From contig CAMFIS010000004.1 in assembly GCA_945952345.1 (NCBI GenBank), positions 11,094 to 75,093 of the forward strand: 64,000 nucleotides of DNA, written 5' to 3'. The stretch is from an uncultured Fimbriimonas sp. (GTDB lineage: Bacteria; Armatimonadota; Fimbriimonadia; Fimbriimonadales; Fimbriimonadaceae). The translations under genes and the position numbers were made by a program. Under the pieces are notes generated by a model, which searched no databases, was not told where the DNA came from, and saw only the letters and a list, made by a program, of their open reading frames with translations. Position 1 is the first letter of the stretch; the number at the start of each line of letters is the position of its first letter. Positions 61,681 to 64,000 of this stretch are shown here, piece after piece.

Positions 61681-62942
61681 TAGCCCTCGTATCGATATTC
61701 AATGCTTCCGAATCGAACCTTGTCGCCAGGAGTGAGGGTTTGCGAACCCGCAACTTTCATCCCGTTTACCCAGGTTCCGTTGGTGCTGCCGTGATCTTGA
61801 ACTTCGACGCTTGTTCCCATTTTCAGTATGGTTGCGTGTTTTCTTGAGACCGTATCGTTCGGAACCACGAGCCCATTGCCAAATTCTCGTCCGACGACGG
61901 TTTCGCCGTCGGGCAGATCAAATGCACTACCATCGCTTGCGATGAGTTTCGGGATACCGGTCATAACCGGTGCGGCCGTGGAAGGCATCGAAATTGGACC
62001 AGCCGATGGGGATGCCACCGGTGATGGCGCTGCGCCGTCGAGAATGATCTGCTGCATTGGCTGGGGCGCGATAGGTGCGATCGGCACCGGATCCTGAGCT
62101 GCATTATCTTGGCCAGGCTGTGGAATGTCGGCACCCAGCTTGGTGAGGGTGTCCTTCACCTTGTCTGGATTCTTCATGACGAATTTCCACAGGAAGTACG
62201 CAACGCCGCCGATAAATGCCAAACCGAGAACCGTGCCCAGGAGATTCCCGGCAGGATTGGTTGAGCCGTCGCCCTGAGAAGTGTTGGCCGCTGGGGCGCC
62301 AGTTGCAGCCGCGGGGGCATTTCCTGCAGCCGTGGTGGCAGTTGCCTTCGCGGGAATAGCTTCGCCATCCGGGAGGGCGATTTTGAGTGTAGCGTCTTTG
62401 TCTCCGCCAACGGTAAAGCTCTGCTTGACCGGTTCCTTGTCCTTCCCATCTGCTTTGTAAGTGACCGCGACTTTAACCTCGCCGGGTTTCACAAACAAGA
62501 AAGCCGCTTCTCCGTTGGAGGAAGGGTCAATCAATTTGGTTCGCTTGCCGGATGCGTCATTGAATTCAACCGATGCGGCCGCGACCGGACCTTTGGGGGT
62601 CGAAACATCCACCTTCACCTTATAGACATTGGAGAACTCCTCCTTCGTGATCGTCCACGTATTGTTTTGGATGTCGCCAATCGCTTTGGTCGCAACCTTG
62701 CCCGACTGAACATCGACGACGTAAATATGATCCGCCTTGTTCGTCGAATCAACCGTATAATCGGCTTTCACAGCCTTAAATGTGGTCGACTTCGCCGGAT
62801 CCTCTTTGGGCCAGGTGGCCGACTCGAAAACGATCTTATCAGTTGCATCGGGAAACCCGAGCGTAACGGCGGTGCCAGCAAAAGCGGCGGACGACAGCAG
62901 TACAAATCCTAAAGCAGGAACCCTTCTCAACACTCTGAGCAC
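61680..62942 (-). CDS. single-pass membrane protein: extracytoplasmic beta-rich domain + cytoplasmic C-terminal FHA domain
   Basis: 420 aa with a signal peptide (VPALGFVLLSSAAFAG) and a CarboxypepD_reg-like beta segment (ASVEFNDASGKRTKLIDPSSNGEAAFLFVKPGEVKVAV). It has a low-complexity Ala/Thr spacer and a TM helix (LLGTVLGLAFIGGVAYFLWKFVM). The FHA domain is VVGREFGNGLVVPNDTVSRKHATI...GSTNGTWVNG. TAATG overlap with the next gene. Confidence 0.85.
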   Translation of the reverse strand: MLRVLRRVPALGFVLLSSAAFAGTAVTLGFPDATDKIVFESATWPKEDPAKSTTFKAVKADYTVDSTNKADHIYVVDVQSGKVATKAIGDIQNNTWTITKEEFSNVYKVKVDVSTPKGPVAAASVEFNDASGKRTKLIDPSSNGEAAFLFVKPGEVKVAVTYKADGKDKEPVKQSFTVGGDKDATLKIALPDGEAIPAKATATTAAGNAPAAATGAPAANTSQGDGSTNPAGNLLGTVLGLAFIGGVAYFLWKFVMKNPDKVKDTLTKLGADIPQPGQDNAAQDPVPIAPIAPQPMQQIILDGAAPSPVASPSAGPISMPSTAAPVMTGIPKLIASDGSAFDLPDGETVVGREFGNGLVVPNDTVSRKHATILKMGTSVEVQDHGSTNGTWVNGMKVAGSQTLTPGDKVRFGSIEYRYEG

Positions 62943-62978
62943 ATTCTAACCCCTAAACGCTTAGAAGCGAAATATTCT

Positions 62979-64000
62979 TTAACGTTCCATACACGCGGAA
63001 ACAATTCGCGATCTTGCGAATGGAAGCGCTTTCGCAACGTCCGAAGCACGATATCCAACCTGGCCGATTTCCTCGGCGCAGATGTCTGCGGCGGCTCCGT
63101 GCCAAAACATTCCGCAGCCTGCGGCATAGTATCCAGGAAGGTCTTGCCCCATTAGCGTAGCGATCACGCCCCCGAGCACGTCGCCCATCCCTGCACTGGC
63201 CTGGCCCGGGTTGCCCGTGCAGTTCACGAGCAACGGTTGGCCAGGCTCGCCCACGATACTATAGGGACCCTTGAGTAGGACGCAGTGCCCTAGTTCGTCC
63301 ACTGCAGACCGAATGGTGCGGAATCGGTCGCATTGAATCTCGGCGATGCTAGAGTGAAGGAGGCGACTCATCTCGCCGGGGTGAGGAGTCAGGACGCAGT
63401 CGGTCTGGGGAAGCTTTACGCCCATCGCGACACAGTTTAAGGCATCGGCATCCACAACGCACGGTAAATGCCACTGGCGGAAGAAGGCGTCCAGAAAGTC
63501 GCGCGAGGCTTCTTCCGTGCTCATTCCTGGGCCGACCAGCGTGGATTCAAATTTGTGTTCGAGGTCGACGAGTGTCTTGACCGCTGCAGGGCTAATAACT
63601 CCGTCGATTTCGGGCAAAGGCAGAAGGAGCGCTTCGGGCACGTGGCTTGCTACTGCGTCGCAGACGCTAGGCACGGACGCGACGGTAACCAGTCCTGCTC
63701 CAGAGGAAAGAGCCGACATGGCGGCGAGGACTGCCGCGCCGCGCATCCACTTGCTACCAGCGACGATGAGCACGTGGCCATTGTCGCCTTTGTGGCTGGA
63801 CTTTAGGCGTTCGGGGAGCAGACTGGCTACCCATTCCCCGTCGAGAACTCTTGCCTCGGAAGGCTCGGTGAGGAGAACCTGGGGGAAGCCAATCTCGGAT
63901 ACCGACCAGAAGCCGGCGTGCTCGAGGCCGATGCCTTGGAAAAGATAAGGCTTGGCCATACCGAAGGTGATTGTCCGTAGCGCCCAGATGCTTTCACCCA
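62979..64000 (-). CDS. nnr: bifunctional NAD(P)H-hydrate repair enzyme Nnr (dehydratase domain complete; epimerase domain runs off the window)
   Basis: YjeF_C-type carbohydrate-kinase fold motifs (HKGDNGHVLIVAGS, LTPHPGEM, TGNPGQASAGMGDVLGG). The reading frame stays open upstream of Met-63959 to the window edge (..TITFGMAKPYLF), which matches the linker of fused NnrE-NnrD proteins. Confidence 0.85.
   Translation of the reverse strand, partial: GESIWALRTITFGMAKPYLFQGIGLEHAGFWSVSEIGFPQVLLTEPSEARVLDGEWVASLLPERLKSSHKGDNGHVLIVAGSKWMRGAAVLAAMSALSSGAGLVTVASVPSVCDAVASHVPEALLLPLPEIDGVISPAAVKTLVDLEHKFESTLVGPGMSTEEASRDFLDAFFRQWHLPCVVDADALNCVAMGVKLPQTDCVLTPHPGEMSRLLHSSIAEIQCDRFRTIRSAVDELGHCVLLKGPYSIVGEPGQPLLVNCTGNPGQASAGMGDVLGGVIATLMGQDLPGYYAAGCGMFWHGAAADICAEEIGQVGYRASDVAKALPFARSRIVSACMER

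Noticed and set aside
1-64000. Scan for mobile elements, prophage, CRISPR arrays, toxin-antitoxin pairs and classic defence islands.
   Set aside because: No transposase, integrase or recombinase motifs were seen. There are no long terminal repeats, no regularly spaced 25-40-nt direct repeats, and no recognisable restriction-modification, Cas, abortive-infection or toxin-antitoxin gene pairs. Both helicases appear to be standalone repair-type enzymes.

Overview
Gene-dense 64-kb chromosomal window, mid-50s % GC by eye, with about 50 credible CDSs on both strands. I found no rRNA, tRNA, CRISPR array, transposase, integrase or phage genes.

The content points to an aerobic diderm bacterium with a Terrabacteria-type envelope. 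It has two paralogous SLH-domain/coiled-coil/beta-barrel outer-membrane proteins, sigma-54, and two tricorn-like S41 proteases. It also has a complete respiratory supercluster: fused ctaA-ctaB, Alternative Complex III actABCDEF, an SCO-like chaperone, and caa3-type oxidase ctaCDEF. An Armatimonadota-like origin is only a guess.

Housekeeping genes include rpoN, serS, DAHP synthase, tatC, pcrA, rpsF-ssb (with no rpsR after it), PGI/PMI and a truncated nnr. Accessory or regulatory content includes:
- a YqiJ/NfeD-flotillin pair
- a BlaI/BlaR1-type pair with two dyad operators
- an MrfA-like DUF1998 helicase
- a GH5 hydrolase

The best candidate for an uncharacterised protein system is a tightly coupled minus-strand operon at 58786-62942. 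It encodes three FHA domains, a multi-pass membrane domain, an extracytoplasmic domain and a cytoplasmic vWA protein. No kinase, phosphatase or AAA+ partner is in view.

The most unusual non-coding signal is a set of 7-nt-phased arrays in many intergenic regions, such as (CAGAGAA)5. They flank terminator-like hairpins and sit alongside several short dispersed repeat families. One family recurs upstream of both blaI and rpsF, and a conserved 19-mer lies upstream of both SLH porin genes.

All functional calls come from motif recognition by eye, with no searches run. Many long antisense shadow ORFs in the track were rejected.
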